A DNA stretch of 45,436 nt, filler included, from Catajapyx aquilonaris (taxonomy: Eukaryota), in NCBI GenBank assembly GCA_000934665.2. It is 2 parts of 2 records of this genome, joined end to end, with 100 filler letters (N's around TTAATTAATTAA, not from the genome) between each part and the next. Parts side by side here need not be neighbours in the genome. Positions count along the whole stretch, not along the records: positions 1 to 22,682 come from JYFJ02005833.1; positions 22,783 to 45,436 come from JYFJ02005834.1. One strand, written 5' to 3'. The notes under the pieces are model-generated. The model had not been told where the DNA came from and ran no database searches. It saw nothing but the letters and a program-made list of their open reading frames with translations. Shown here piece after piece: positions 14,226 to 27,100 of this stretch. Every line of letters starts with the position of its first letter. Positions within the stretch are counted from its first letter, which is position 1. Both the position numbers and the translations under genes were made by a program.

Positions 14226-16068
14226 CGTTATATTAGCGAGCAAAATGGGAGTAAGAGAGTCATGAGTGGCAAGGGGAAAAAATCTGGTAATTATGCGATT
14301 AGCATCTGTCCTAGTATTAGGAGGGGTGAATATCCGAGCAAAATTCTGGTTTCGTGCGGGGATATAAAATGCAGAAAGAAGGGGCGTAGTCTGCTCGGCG
14401 GCTTATAACGAGCCTCTTGCTGGCTGATACGACCAACTTGCATAAATAAACAGGCTTCTTATCAGGCCAGATTGCACCTCTCCACCACTTTCACGCCATG
14501 TCGTTTCCTTTCTCAGCCTCAATTTGCACCAAATTGAAAACATCGACTCATTGCTATCATTAGAGCTACAAGGCTTTTTAAACTATATGAGAACGTGTAG
14601 TATGGAAGTTCTTCTCAATATAAAATTGTAATTAGTCTTCATGAATTTTTGCTGTGCTTTGTTATTGCTGGCCTAATACTGTACAGCAACAGTAAAGTAG
14701 TAAGTTTGATTTAATTTGTTATGTAAATACTGAAATATTTTTGCAGGTCAGTAATCTTTATCCTTAACGCAGCATGGATATTAATGCTACACAATACATA
14801 AAATTCAATAATGTGTACAACAGGGACCCGAGTGATTTATATGCAGTAAACCATGTGTTTACTGCATATAAATCACTCACATATAAATTGAAAATATCGA
14901 ATAGAGTTAAAACCGGTTGATGCATAAAAATCCACAGCTTATTCACCTGCTTCCCTCTTCAACTGGGGACTTGGGCAGTGCACTATACTTTATACTGCAC
15001 CAACTGTAGAGATGGTGCCAAGAATAGCAAAGGATTTCTTTACAGTGTCTCAACTGCTATACGTGTATGAGATTTTAAAGTGTTCAAGTTGTTTTCATAT
15101 TTCGGACAAATCAAATTATTGTTGACAACAACAATCTGGTTCATGAAAATATTTTATACATTTCCTCCCCCAGTAGAAATTAAAGCGATAAAAATTAATT
15201 TAAATAACTTAAACTCGATTTAAAGCTTTTGATATCGACAATGTGTGTGTGGCGATTTTCTCTGCTAGAAAGTTCCTATAAATACTAGGTAATAGGCAGT
15301 ACTTAATTATTATTACAATAAATATTTTAAGCGATATTTTGGAAGTAGTCTTGAAACTACTAAGTCATGAGAGTGTAGGTTTTGATGCAAATTTGTGAAA
15401 TTGAAAATGTTTAATTCAATAGATACTCCCGTTGTGTAGGGGCCTACTGTATTTTCAACCCAATTTCAACCCATTTCAATGTGACTGCAACTATTGAAGG
15501 AGCAGATATGAATTTGAATTTTTGCATTAATTAGTTTATTAACACACTAACTTTTTATCACTGTGATTCAATTGTCACAGCGTTTTTATAACTGACGATA
15601 ACAGAACAACGAAAAGATTATTTTAATGTGGCTGTGACGAGCTCATGACTGCACGTAATTATGTCACGTCTCTGAAATGCTGTTATTTCAATGCATTCGA
15701 GTTGCAAATAAATTAAAATGATAGAACGTTTTGAGAGGTTTCATGAAGTGTGGTTACATTTGAGTATGATTTCGAACTGCATTGACAGCTTGCGTGACAC
15801 ACAGAAAAGGATGCATGTTATTGTTAAGCAACTACCTGATGACGCGAACAATGAAATTTATGACAGGGTGATAGTAAATGTCATAATCACCATACCTCAT
15901 TTTATGTGCTTTCTTCCAGATCATGTCAAAAATTGCCACGAAATGTTGCTCTGAATGTCTAAGCATTAAGTACTCGTCAGCTGCAATATTCACTTTATTA
16001 ACATCATACTTTATTGGTTTAAAAATTGCAGCATCTTTTATGCATACCGGCGGAAGACACTTACAATT

Positions 16069-16317
16069 GAAGGGGTTAGTGCCATAACGTGCTAAGCCAC
16101 ACTTTTGTGTTTTTTGAGCTTGCACGTGTCTGAAAGTCCCACCATCGTGCTTCACAAGTGGGCATCACGTAGTTAGAAAAATTCCCCATAGATCACGAGA
16201 AAATCACGAATAATGTTCCTTGTTTTGTATGATTTGCCATGTTAAGCCAAACTTTTGAAAGCCCATATCTCAGAATGAAGGTTTTGTGGCTTAGCACGTT
16301 ATGGCACTAACCCATTC
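16069..16317. mobile_element. MITE with ~32-bp terminal inverted repeats and AATT flanks
   Basis: Left GAAGGGGTTAGTGCCATAACGTGCTAAGCCAC; right GTGGCTTAGCACGTTATGGCACTAACCCATTC (1 mismatch). AATT lies at 16065-16068 and 16318-16321. Confidence 0.8.
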
Positions 16318-19300
16318 AATTCCTTGTAGCGACAATTGTTAAAGACAAAATTACTGTCCCGACATGGAGACGGAAATATTCATTATTACTTTGAATCTTA
16401 AGTTAAACATTCCTTATTATCTCCGCAATTGGGTCCTTACCCCTAATATATTGTAAAAAGTGCAGCTTTTCCTAATATTTTCGATGCCGAGAAAAGGCTG
16501 GAAATATTCATACATTGTTCAAGCCGAAATATTTATTCACAGTTCCGTTGTAAAGTCTGATCCCGAAACAAAAAAAAAGTAATCATAACCACATCTCAAA
16601 GTCGGAACATGAAGATATGAATTACAGTGTACAATATTCAAACCACAATTTTATACTATTCGAAGTGGAACCTCTCAGTTGACACCTCCAACAATGTGGG
16701 AGAGGTATGTATGACCTTTTTGCATTTAAGAAGTTAAATAAAATATAGTCTCGACAATCTTCAATTGGTATAGCGCAACAAAATAATATGCTCGAATATT
16801 GCAGCAGCGAAAATAGAAAATAATAATATCGACTCGTTTGCATTTCCTGGTAATCGTCGCACATGCATGCGACCTTTGACAGTTTCAGATTAGAATATCT
16901 CAAAGGGATGGTGCTGCATAAGGATTCCTTTACAGGCATCGCATCTAATGCCCCAGTTTGACATTTCGCTAAATATATCCACCACCTCGTTGCCTACTCC
17001 ACCAATCAGCAACTATCTATGACTCATAATTCCATTTTCAATGGATCCTAGGTCAGAAGCCATGTTGGAAATGTCATGCTCTGGTCGTGTCAATTTTTGC
17101 AGCTGAATTATGCAAATGGATCCCACGGAAAAATCAATAATGCCAGGCGGCCAATTAAAGCCGGTGAAAAGGTCTCGCCATGCAGCCCCCAACGCAGGGG
17201 GCCTAAAAGGATTCCATCTCCCGGACGAAAAACCGGAGAGGAAAGGAACAGGGGACGCCACGCTCGCCGCCATCTTTGACGTGCCCCTCTGCACCCACCA
17301 AAATGGCCTCGGTGTATCAACAACATGTGTTCATGATGATGGAAAGAGTGGACAACTGGTCAATATTTGTGGATGTCAAACCCATCATGAAGATATGAGT
17401 CTCAATAAGGCTTTAAGACGGGTTTGAAACATACCGGAAAGAGCAGGAAATGGATCCAAATTTTGCACTCGGGGGCCGAAATCTGTACAACTTGAGCAAC
17501 ATGCTTTTAATGAAGTGGATTTCCGTACTTTTTGCTGAATGTGATCGCCGGAAATGAGCGAGAGGAGGAGGAGGAAAGCATGTATAGCGTACTAGCAATT
17601 AGAATCTGCAGGAATATAATTTTGAGATGCATCCGAAGCGTGTTAGTTTGCACACATTTGGCAGAGGGTTTAGGTCCTGGGCTCGCCTTGAACCAGGCTA
17701 TAGGGATATTACGTGAGGAAATAAAGGGGATGGCAATCAAGACTATGATTTATGATGGCATCCTGATCTTCCGTCTTAGATAAATTAAATGGGAACCTGG
17801 GAGTTGGGGGTCTCTGTCGTAATGTTTCCAGGCGATATGCAGATCAGGGAAAGAAGGGACGTCTCGCCGCTTTCCAAGATCCACCTCCAAACTACCAACC
17901 ACACCAAAAAGGAAGGGATTTTGGGGACCAAAAAAAAAGAAGAGTTTTCTCCTGTGGGACGTATCTGATGTCATGCAGAACCAGAATGGCTCCAAATTTT
18001 GGTCAGCAGTGCTGCAGCAGAGCAGGCCATGTCAAATGCAGCAGTAGCATGTTGTGTTCTGTGGGGCATCTCTGAATCTGAGCTGGAAATCCCTGTAGAA
18101 AGCCTATCGGTGGTATGGTCGGGCAGAAGGGTGGGAAAGGCGTCCCAAGAGACAAGTGGAGGGAGATACAGGAAACAAACGTGATGCCCATTTCAATGTG
18201 TCGCTGGAGTGGCACTGGGAGACAAGATGACGGATGGCACGTCTTTCCTTCAGGAAGGCGCCTCTTCTTCCTCACTCCTCCCTTCGTTCCTCCTGCCGCT
18301 AATTTATACCGGCAATACTAGACGTGATCTAACTACTCCTTCGCATGCCCAAAATAGGATGCCGGATCGCACATTAACCATGTCTCTGTGCCTGCCACCT
18401 ATCCCCTCATCCGAACGCGGATTATTAGCTGCTTGGATCATTTCTGGAGTGTAAGCTCCAGATTATCAGTTCACGGGTTTAGATAGTGTCTGTTGGCATT
18501 CCCGTGCACCATTTAAAACTCTGGTTTCTCTTTACAGGGCATATCCAGTCATCATCTTCTTCAGAAAGGTATGTAGAAGATTTTTTTTTTGTGCATGGCA
18601 AAATGCCATGTTGAAGCGAGCATGACCCCTTTTTTGTATGGCGTTAGGCGTGACTTGATACCCACGGGACCTCCATAAACATGGAGTGTGCGCGAATAAG
18701 GTCCAAGAGAAGCCTTCCTCCGTTTTCTTCGCGGCTTCTTCTTCTTCTGACACGGGCTGCAGAACAGAGGTAAATTAATTACCTCGCACTTTCCGGCAGA
18801 TTAAATTTTCCAGTTTTGTCCGACGTCGTCATCAATCTTGATTAATAAGGCGTGCTCCAAGTTGGGAGTGGAACTAATCAAGTAAGTGAGAAATGAAGGC
18901 GATTTTAAAACAACGTAGACTCTCCTTTTCGGGCAGAGGAAAAGAGAAGGAGAGGTAAAGTTGGTCGGACGAAGGGGAAACCCAAGCACCAAATGAAAAT
19001 GCCGAACATGAGAGATGGCCACTCTCTTCTAATTGTCCGCCGAAAGGAGAAGTCTTCCAGCATTTTAATAAATGGGGTGCCTTACCACTAGGGGAAGCCA
19101 ACGCTCCACATTTTCCACACTGACAATTTACGAGCCGCCATAATATCTCAGCCAGTTATTACATTTTGAAGCTGCTATTGCAAAATTGCATCAGTATAAC
19201 CCGTGTGTACAGCTAGTTTTTTTTAAGTGTGTAAAAAAAACTGGGTATAAAAACGTCATCCCTCAGTACAAGAGCTTCTACACCCTGTGGAGGTGAGAAA

Positions 19301-22300
19301 TGGAAAATTCTATGCATTTCAAACCCCTTTGAAGCATCGCATTACCTATGGAGAACAGCTCCAACCTTTTCACACACAACTCACGCCGTGTATGGTTTTG
19401 ACATTTCCGGTCTGAGTCATACATATGCGCCGCGTCTCTAAAGCATGCAAAAAAGGACCAGTAGTTGTCCCCAACCGGTGACAAAAACTAACCCAGGGTA
19501 CCCACTGAGTACCGGTCGGTCCCTCTTTTTTTAGCCTTCTGTGCGCTCACCTCTTTTGATAAAAAAAATGTCCCTTTGTTGGACGCATGTTTTTATGGTC
19601 CCTGTGAAGCTAGATGCTCCGTGTGATACGTGTCGCACTGGTCGTTTTTGGCCAGTCAGCCATCCGAGATGGAGGACACCGCCAAGAGCGAGCCTTATCT
19701 CATTCGGAGAGTGTGTCTGCTGGAAAGCTTCTGCTCTTTTGGCTTGCTGTGGATCCGGCCAAAAGGCTGCTTCTTCAAAGAGTCTGCATTGCTGCCTGCT
19801 TTGATACCACGACATGGCAAGTAACTGCATAAATTTATTCGGTGTCTCATTTTGAACCGCGTAATTTTTACCTCGTTGAACTAAAGCCACTTGCTGCGGC
19901 TTTTTTTTTTACGAGAATAGCTTGATTTTTTTTCCTATTGCGATATTGTGATTTGCTAACATTGTAGCTGGTATGCTATTTTCTGTTTCATCCAAAATTG
20001 TACAGTGTAATTCTAGCAATATACAGGGTGCTTAGTTGTATGAAATTTCGCTCGAAGCTGTTGTTTTTTTTTTAAGCTTGTTGCAACACACTGGGCGATA
20101 TTATCAATAACTAAAAACGATCCTGATACTATGACGTGCAAAAAATATTTTACAAACTTATATAAATATCATTATCTCTGCATATCAAATGGTTAAATAG
20201 ATTTATAAAAATTCTTCATGTACAATGTGTACTGTCATAAACTGCATATAATTAAATAAAAAATATGGAAGATGTTCTAATCTTCCTCTACAATGACAAC
20301 AAAAAAACGTGCTTCTGCAAGAAGTGGTGTCAATAATATGGCATCATGCAGCAGCATTATGGAGGCGTTGCGGCGCAAGCGAACCGGAAGTGCTGCGTTT
20401 GTCGAAAGTGAGCGCATGCAATTATCTGCATCATCCATATAGCTTGGTCCTGCGGTCTTGAAACCCCCACATGCACTGTATAACCGAGAGGCTGCTAAGC
20501 AGGGCCGTGCAACTGCCTATTAAGATTCGCCGCGCATTATGAAGCGGGGCCCAGGCGACGATATGGCCGAATTAATAATTAGCATTGCGCATATGCAAAT
20601 CGGCCATTAAATCATCAGCGGCAATCATGTCGTATATCAATTATAAAGCGGGGCGGGCTTTGCATAAGGGATCGGAAGTGACGAGGCAGAAGATGCGCCA
20701 TCCTGAGCTGGATCACACTGCCGTAGTTGAGTTATAGGCCTTCCAGATGGAGTTGTAAGGCCACTGATGAAGGCGAATTAGGAGCCGAATTTCCATTGGA
20801 ATTTCGACGTGGGACTGATTGCTTGCTGCATGTCTGCTCTTTCTACATACCGTTATAGAGAAGGTATGGTCTCACTGGATTCGCTATTGCAGGATTTATA
20901 GTCGGCTTCGTGTATACAAACGCATAGTCGGTACTGATGATGGCGAATGTATAATATACCCGATCATTCATAATTGCGCTTTCCTCTCCTCCTCGTTTAA
21001 TGCTGGCTGCCACACTCGGTTGTTCGAATTAGTAGGGTTCGCATTCGGTAACTATGTCGAAGAAAGAGCAGTTGGGTTGTTATTCGAATTCAAATATCTT
21101 ATGCACGATGGTTAGCAAAATGGACAAATGTTGATAGTAAGATGCTGAAAAAAATTCATAAGTCGATAAAAACCCTTCAATCTACCGGTGAAGAACTCCA
21201 TCAAAATCCCGCTTTCTGCCATAAACTCTCAATCAATCAATCAGTCATTCACTGTCGAATTACTTCTTCAAGAGAATCACATGAATATAGCCTTATTTAC
21301 ATAAGTAAATGTCCTTACAGTATGTCAACATACATGGTTAAATATAATAATAATATATTGGATATTCCGTATCATAGCGTATATGAGACATCGTTGCTTT
21401 ACAAGCATTCAAATGCTTGAAAAGTGGTTGGATTAATTTTGAGAAATGCGGCAGTTTCCCGTATATGACTCACCTGTACTAACAAGTGGTCGTTACACTT
21501 CATTATAGCGTTATAGCTTGTAGCATGTGAGCCAAGGGACGTATATAACTGGAGCTAATTTGTAGGATGGTATACTCTATAAGTTTATATAAAAGAAACG
21601 GAATCAAAACAACACTTTGAAAAAAGCTATTATTCAGCACAAGTGATTCAGCAGCTTTCTTAATATAGGCCTACTGTATAACATCGGTTGGGTATGTAAA
21701 TTTCATTGACCTGAAGGATCTGGTAATGTGAACTCATTATTGACAGTCTCAAGTGTTTCACCGATAACATAAAGTACCGGAATAACTAAAGACTGCTAAC
21801 CACCCAATTAATTAACCCTAACGGATTAAGCCTTCCTCACGTCATACTGTGTACTGTAGAATTCAGGTAAACTCATCGGTGAAAATAGCTTCGATTGTTT
21901 TATCAGACAGAAGAATAGTGTCCGTAGTCATTTACAACCACCCTTGTGTTTGTTGGTTGTCTTCCCGTTTTGGTCAGTTGATTAACACTATTACAAATAG
22001 CCGACGTGCATCCTTCCAAATCTACATATCTCAATTTTGCCCCCCTTCCCCCCTCCCACCACCACCATCACCACCGCCACCCGCCCCCTCAATTATCGCC
22101 CTCTCGCCGCCATCATTTTGAATCACGTCCAGAGTGGACCAATTCTGACTCGACTCTAATGAGCATAAGTGAATCAAAGACCAAGCAGCGTGTGGGCGAA
22201 GATCAGGCTCCACTCGTTAACGGTCAGACTAGTCAAGTCATCGCCCGTCTGATTCGAGTCCCACATTATAGCATCGGTCCTTCTGGGCAAACCCTCCCCT

Positions 22301-22682
22301 GTCCCCATCCCTCCCCCCTCCCCCTCCCCCCCANATAGAAATCCCATACACATGTTGTGTGTATGTAAATGTAATGTCCACCCCTCTTCCCTCCTTCCTT
22401 CTCCCCACCTTCCCCCAACCCTGGCCCTACCCACCACCAATCTCTTGGGGCTTACCTCTGTGGAGTGGCCATGCCCTCTCTCTCAGCACTACACTGGCAC
22501 CAGCAGCCCGGAGAGGGAACAGAAGAAGTAGAAGAAGGTGGTGATGGGGGACCCGGTCCCGAATGCCGCCTTTTCCAAAGTGAGCCAAAACGAACTCCCT
22601 GCCTATCTATGCAAATTACGCCAAGGAGGAGGGGGCTTATTAACTGTAGCGAAAATTCTGAGCGGGGTGGGGACCCCCCCTC

Positions 22683-22782
22683 NNNNNNNNNNNNNNNNNN
22701 NNNNNNNNNNNNNNNNNNNNNNNNNNTTAATTAATTAANNNNNNNNNNNNNNNNNNNNNNNNNNNNNNNNNNNNNNNNNNNN
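22683..22782. other. Assembly gap with an artificial six-frame stop linker
   Basis: 44 N + TTAATTAATTAA + 44 N = exactly 100 nt. TTAATTAATTAA puts stops in all six frames and is used as a contig-join spacer. Confidence 0.93.
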
Positions 22783-23744
22783 TAATTATACTTACTTAGT
22801 GAACATTGTCGCTGCATAAATTTATGCAGTTTTCAAAAGTGAATAAAATAATGCAAACCATTGACATTTCGTGCATAATTTCATGCGATAGATGCATATT
22901 CTGCTCCACATATTCACTTCGTGCATATTTTAATGCACTCCAGGTTTTCAGTGTGGACGATGATTTTATCATGGTCAAAGTTAATAGGGATACCTTAGTT
23001 TTTACATTAAATTACCTCATCATTCAGGATGCGATGCAGTTAGAGACGAGATATTTCGTCGTTGAGTAGCGCAGTACGGTACTTTTTGCGAAAATATTAA
23101 TTTTAAGATTTACTTGTCCTCTTAATAAGTGATTATTTATTTACTACTTGTTTGGTCCATATCCATATACTGATATCTGCGGTCACCATATACTGCATGT
23201 ATTTTCCATTTCCATAACTACTTGAGTAGCTTACCTACTAGGCACGAAACAAACGTGATTTATAGGCTAATTTCTCGGCCATATTACACTGTCAATATCA
23301 TTGCATTCCATGGGAACATATTTTATATCCCCTGATGCGAAAGCCAGTGTAGTTCAGATACTGATTCAATAAGAGTGACGAAGATCACGTAAGTTTTCGG
23401 AGTAGCCTATTTACCTTCAAAGTATAGTCCTACACTGACGCATGATATGGATTACGTTATGGGGACAGCCCATGTCGCCTGAGCCTCGAGGGTTGTTTAA
23501 CAAAAAAAATTATATTGGCGGGGGGAAAAAATATTTAAAAAAATAAGATCATAAAAGCGAGGTTGGGGAATAATGACGAGCGGTGGGAGGGAAGCGAAAA
23601 ATATATACAATAATAATGAACAGAAGCTCAGCATCAGTCAGTGGGAGCCAAAGGACCTTGCCTACCGCATCATTATCAGGAAATACCGCTGGTCTGGTAC
23701 TGATTACGTACAGTACATGCTACTGTTTAGGTTAAATCAAAGGG

Positions 23745-23947
23745 TTAACCACTCGACTGTAAACAGTGTAAAGTGTACACTGGAGTACCAAATTCTAAGG
23801 AGTACCAAGGAGTACCAAAGAGTAAGGTACCGTACCTATACGGAGTACCTGGGAGTATCAAACCAAAGAGTACGGTTCCTAAGGAGTACCTGGGAGTACC
23901 ATTTCATCATGCATTTCATGTGTACACCGGAGTACCGAAGTAGTTAA
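23745..23947. repeat. TTAA-bounded patch of GGAGTACC short repeats (probable MITE relic)
   Basis: Several copies of (G)GAGTACC plus GAGTA variants. GTGTACACYGGAGTACC occurs near both ends. The patch is bounded by TTAA-CCACT and AGTAG-TTAA. Confidence 0.5.
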
Positions 23948-24161
23948 TCCATTGAGTTAAATAATTTAAATAATTTCTCTCGCTTCAGTAAATTTTTATA
24001 CCACTGCAGTTGTTAATATAATTAATAACATTATATTTCACATAAGTAATATCATGGGAAATAATATTAATATTTCATGTAATTAAATATAATTCTATCA
24101 TTTCAGTGCGCTCATCAGCTGTACAACCAAGACATAACAATAGAGGAGTTTCAAGTTCAAA

Positions 24162-27100
24162 ATGGAAATTTCCTCAAAGCGGACTGTGATTGTGCGTAAT
24201 GCCTGCAAGAAGTACGGAAATGGGAAAAAGGGACACAATGTATTTCAAAATATGGACATTGACGTTCATGCAGGAACCATGTAAGTAATCCTCTAATTAG
24301 AAAATAACAACCGTGCAGGAAACGATATGGCTGACACTGAGCGGATGTTTGTTACTGTCTCGAGAACCATTAGCAGCCATCATTAGGCCTACTGTAAAAC
24401 TGATTTTGTAGTTAAATAACATGTGGCTAGTAAAACGTTTTGTGGTTATTGCCATCCAGCTACGCTCTTCTGGGCGAGAGCGGATCTGGCAAGACGACTC
24501 TTCTCACTTGTTTGCTGGGCATGAGGAATCTGGATTCTGGACAGATCACAGTCTTCGGATGCCAGCCAGGGACAAAAGGGTGCGGCGTACCTGGACACAG
24601 GGTCGGATACATGCCCCAGGAGACATCTCTCATCATGACCTTTTGCACCCGGGAGATGATGGTCTACTTCGGCCGTCTGTACGGAATGAGCGACCAAAGC
24701 ATACTGGACAGGATGGGATTCATGGCCACGTTTCTGAAGCTGCCCAGTCTGAACCGGACCATCCACACTCTGAGTGGAGGTCAGCAGAGAAGAGTGTCGT
24801 TGGCAATTGCTTTCTTGCATGACCCCCAATTGCTCATTTTGGACGAACCGACAGTTGGCGTTGACACTTTGCTCCGGCAAACGTAAGCCTCTTTCAGTCT
24901 TCGTGGGACATGCTTTAATTAATGAGCTGATTGTTTCAGGATATGGGACCATCTCAGAGAGCTTACCATGAAGAAAAGCATAACCATCATTATAACAACT
25001 CACTATACAGAAGAAGCAGCACGCGCAGATGTTGTTGGGTTTATGCGAAACGGTCGATTGTTGGCACAGGACACTCCAAAAGGCCTTTTGAGACGATACG
25101 GCCAAACTAGTTTGGAAAGTGTTTTTTTCAGTCTATGTCAGGAAGGCGATGACGTGAAGGCAGCAATGAATGGTGAGTGCAATAAAGTATTTTAAAAAAT
25201 TACTCATCACGTAAGTGAAACGTACAGTACCAAAAACATGCCATGTAAAACACAGCTTTAACGACCCCTAATATAATTTTCAGCGACAGATGAGAGCTTA
25301 GATCAAGACTCACAATTCACAGATATGCAGACCCACAGCCCATCCTTTAAGAATCATATTGAAGCAATTATATACAGAAACATTAGACGTGTGCGACACA
25401 ATGCCATGTAAGTGATGCAATATATACTCCAGTGTAATGATTAATTTTGCCACTGCACTACTTGTTTTCAAACTTAAGTTGTAATTAAAGTACTGTAAAG
25501 CCCATTGTGTTGTGTTCCCCTTTAGGATGTCATTATCCTTCGTGGTGTCTCCCATAATTATGATGTGCGTGGGCTTGCTGGTAATGGGAGCCAATGTGAA
25601 CCATCTTAACTTCGGGGTCGTCAACCATGAATGGCCACAGGAACCAATATGCAAACCGTATGATGACTGTCTTTTAGTCAATCTCAGCTGTAGCTATTTG
25701 GCTCACCTGGACCACGAACTTTTCTCACTGGTAATTACCACATTACTGTATATGCAATATAAAGTCAGTAGACCATACATTTTTATTGTAATTGCAGGAA
25801 GCATACCCTGATGAAAGTTCTGCATTACAAGCTGTGGAAAATGGCAAGGCCTGGGGATACATCTCGTTCCCTGCAAATTATTCGGATTCACTGGCGGAGA
25901 GAATTTGGGATATAAATGCAGCTAATGAGAGCATTTTGAAGAATTCGGTTACTACGGTCAAACTGGACAATACTAGTAAGTACTCTGCTGCAATATATTG
26001 AGACTTTTATTCTAATTTTAATTTCCATAATATTATTGCTGTATGAAGTGTATTAATATGTGTGAGCCCGTGAGCGTATACCTTATATACTCTACTCACG
26101 TGTACGTTGAACATTTACATTACCTTGAACACGCCGGAATGGATGTTCAGTAAAAATCTCTGTATTTAATACAGCCAATTACTTTATGGAAGCTTGCAAT
26201 GTTTTTCTGTAGTTTACGTAGGGTGTGATTGCTTCAGAGCGTAGGCTACGTTGCTCGGTTGCCCGGCGTAATTACTCTGTTCGCAATGATTTTTAAAAAT
26301 AAGCTTACATAATAATTTTTTGCATATGAAGACTAGTTCCAACGATGCATGTGCCTATCGATGATACATAATGTTTCTAATAAGGATAGCCTACCAAACA
26401 TGTCCAATGTATGAAGTAATAATCATTACTTTCTTTTATAATTAGTAAAAATTCAACGTGTGTAAAATGTCAGTATAAGTTTAGGTTCTGTAAGAAATAG
26501 CAGCTACAGATTTTGCAATAATTCCCACCATTTTCATTGCTGTAGAGAACAACAGGGCAGAAAATAATATAAATTGCAGGGTTTTATTTTTGCAGTTGCA
26601 CCACTTTCACTGAGGTTGCAGCAAAATTTCCTTCAGAGCTTTGAAAAATTCAACAGCGACATGATGTCCATGTGCCATGCTAAGACCGAAGTGTCCAAAT
26701 CTCCTATTCAGGTATAAGGTGCATTATTTGGTAAGCATCACAGTATTATATGGCTACTCATGATCTGTAATTGACTTCAGAGTACTAGCGTATGACGTTA
26801 TGTACGAGTAAATATGCGCAGGTATTGTTTTCGCCCTGAAGAAGTCGAATCATGAGTAATGTGAAACAAGCCATTTTTGAATTGATATTATTGAATCACG
26901 TATTTCACTTCTTGCACAATAAATTCTTGCCATTAATAAAGTGGTCATTTTACAGTTTGCCAACGTTTTAGGACCAGATGAGCCGACCTTCCAACACTTT
27001 TTGCTTCCAGGTCTCTTGTCAAAGTGAGTTAGCGCATATGTTCAAATTATACTTTGAAATATATTGTTAGACTCACTAATGAAATTAATAACGACTTCCT

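Noticed and set aside
1..22682. Many 60-150 aa ORFs in the left half
   Set aside because: No recognisable domains, low-complexity translations from G/C or purine runs, and no consistent splice-compatible chain that I could build.
24446..25105. 219-aa minus-strand ORF, and 191-aa ORF 27253-27828
   Set aside because: Antisense shadows of ABCH exons.
26756..26870. Imperfect inverted repeat with CTGAAGA...GAAAC in an ABCH intron as a hammerhead ribozyme
   Set aside because: Stem II and stem I cannot be formed convincingly.
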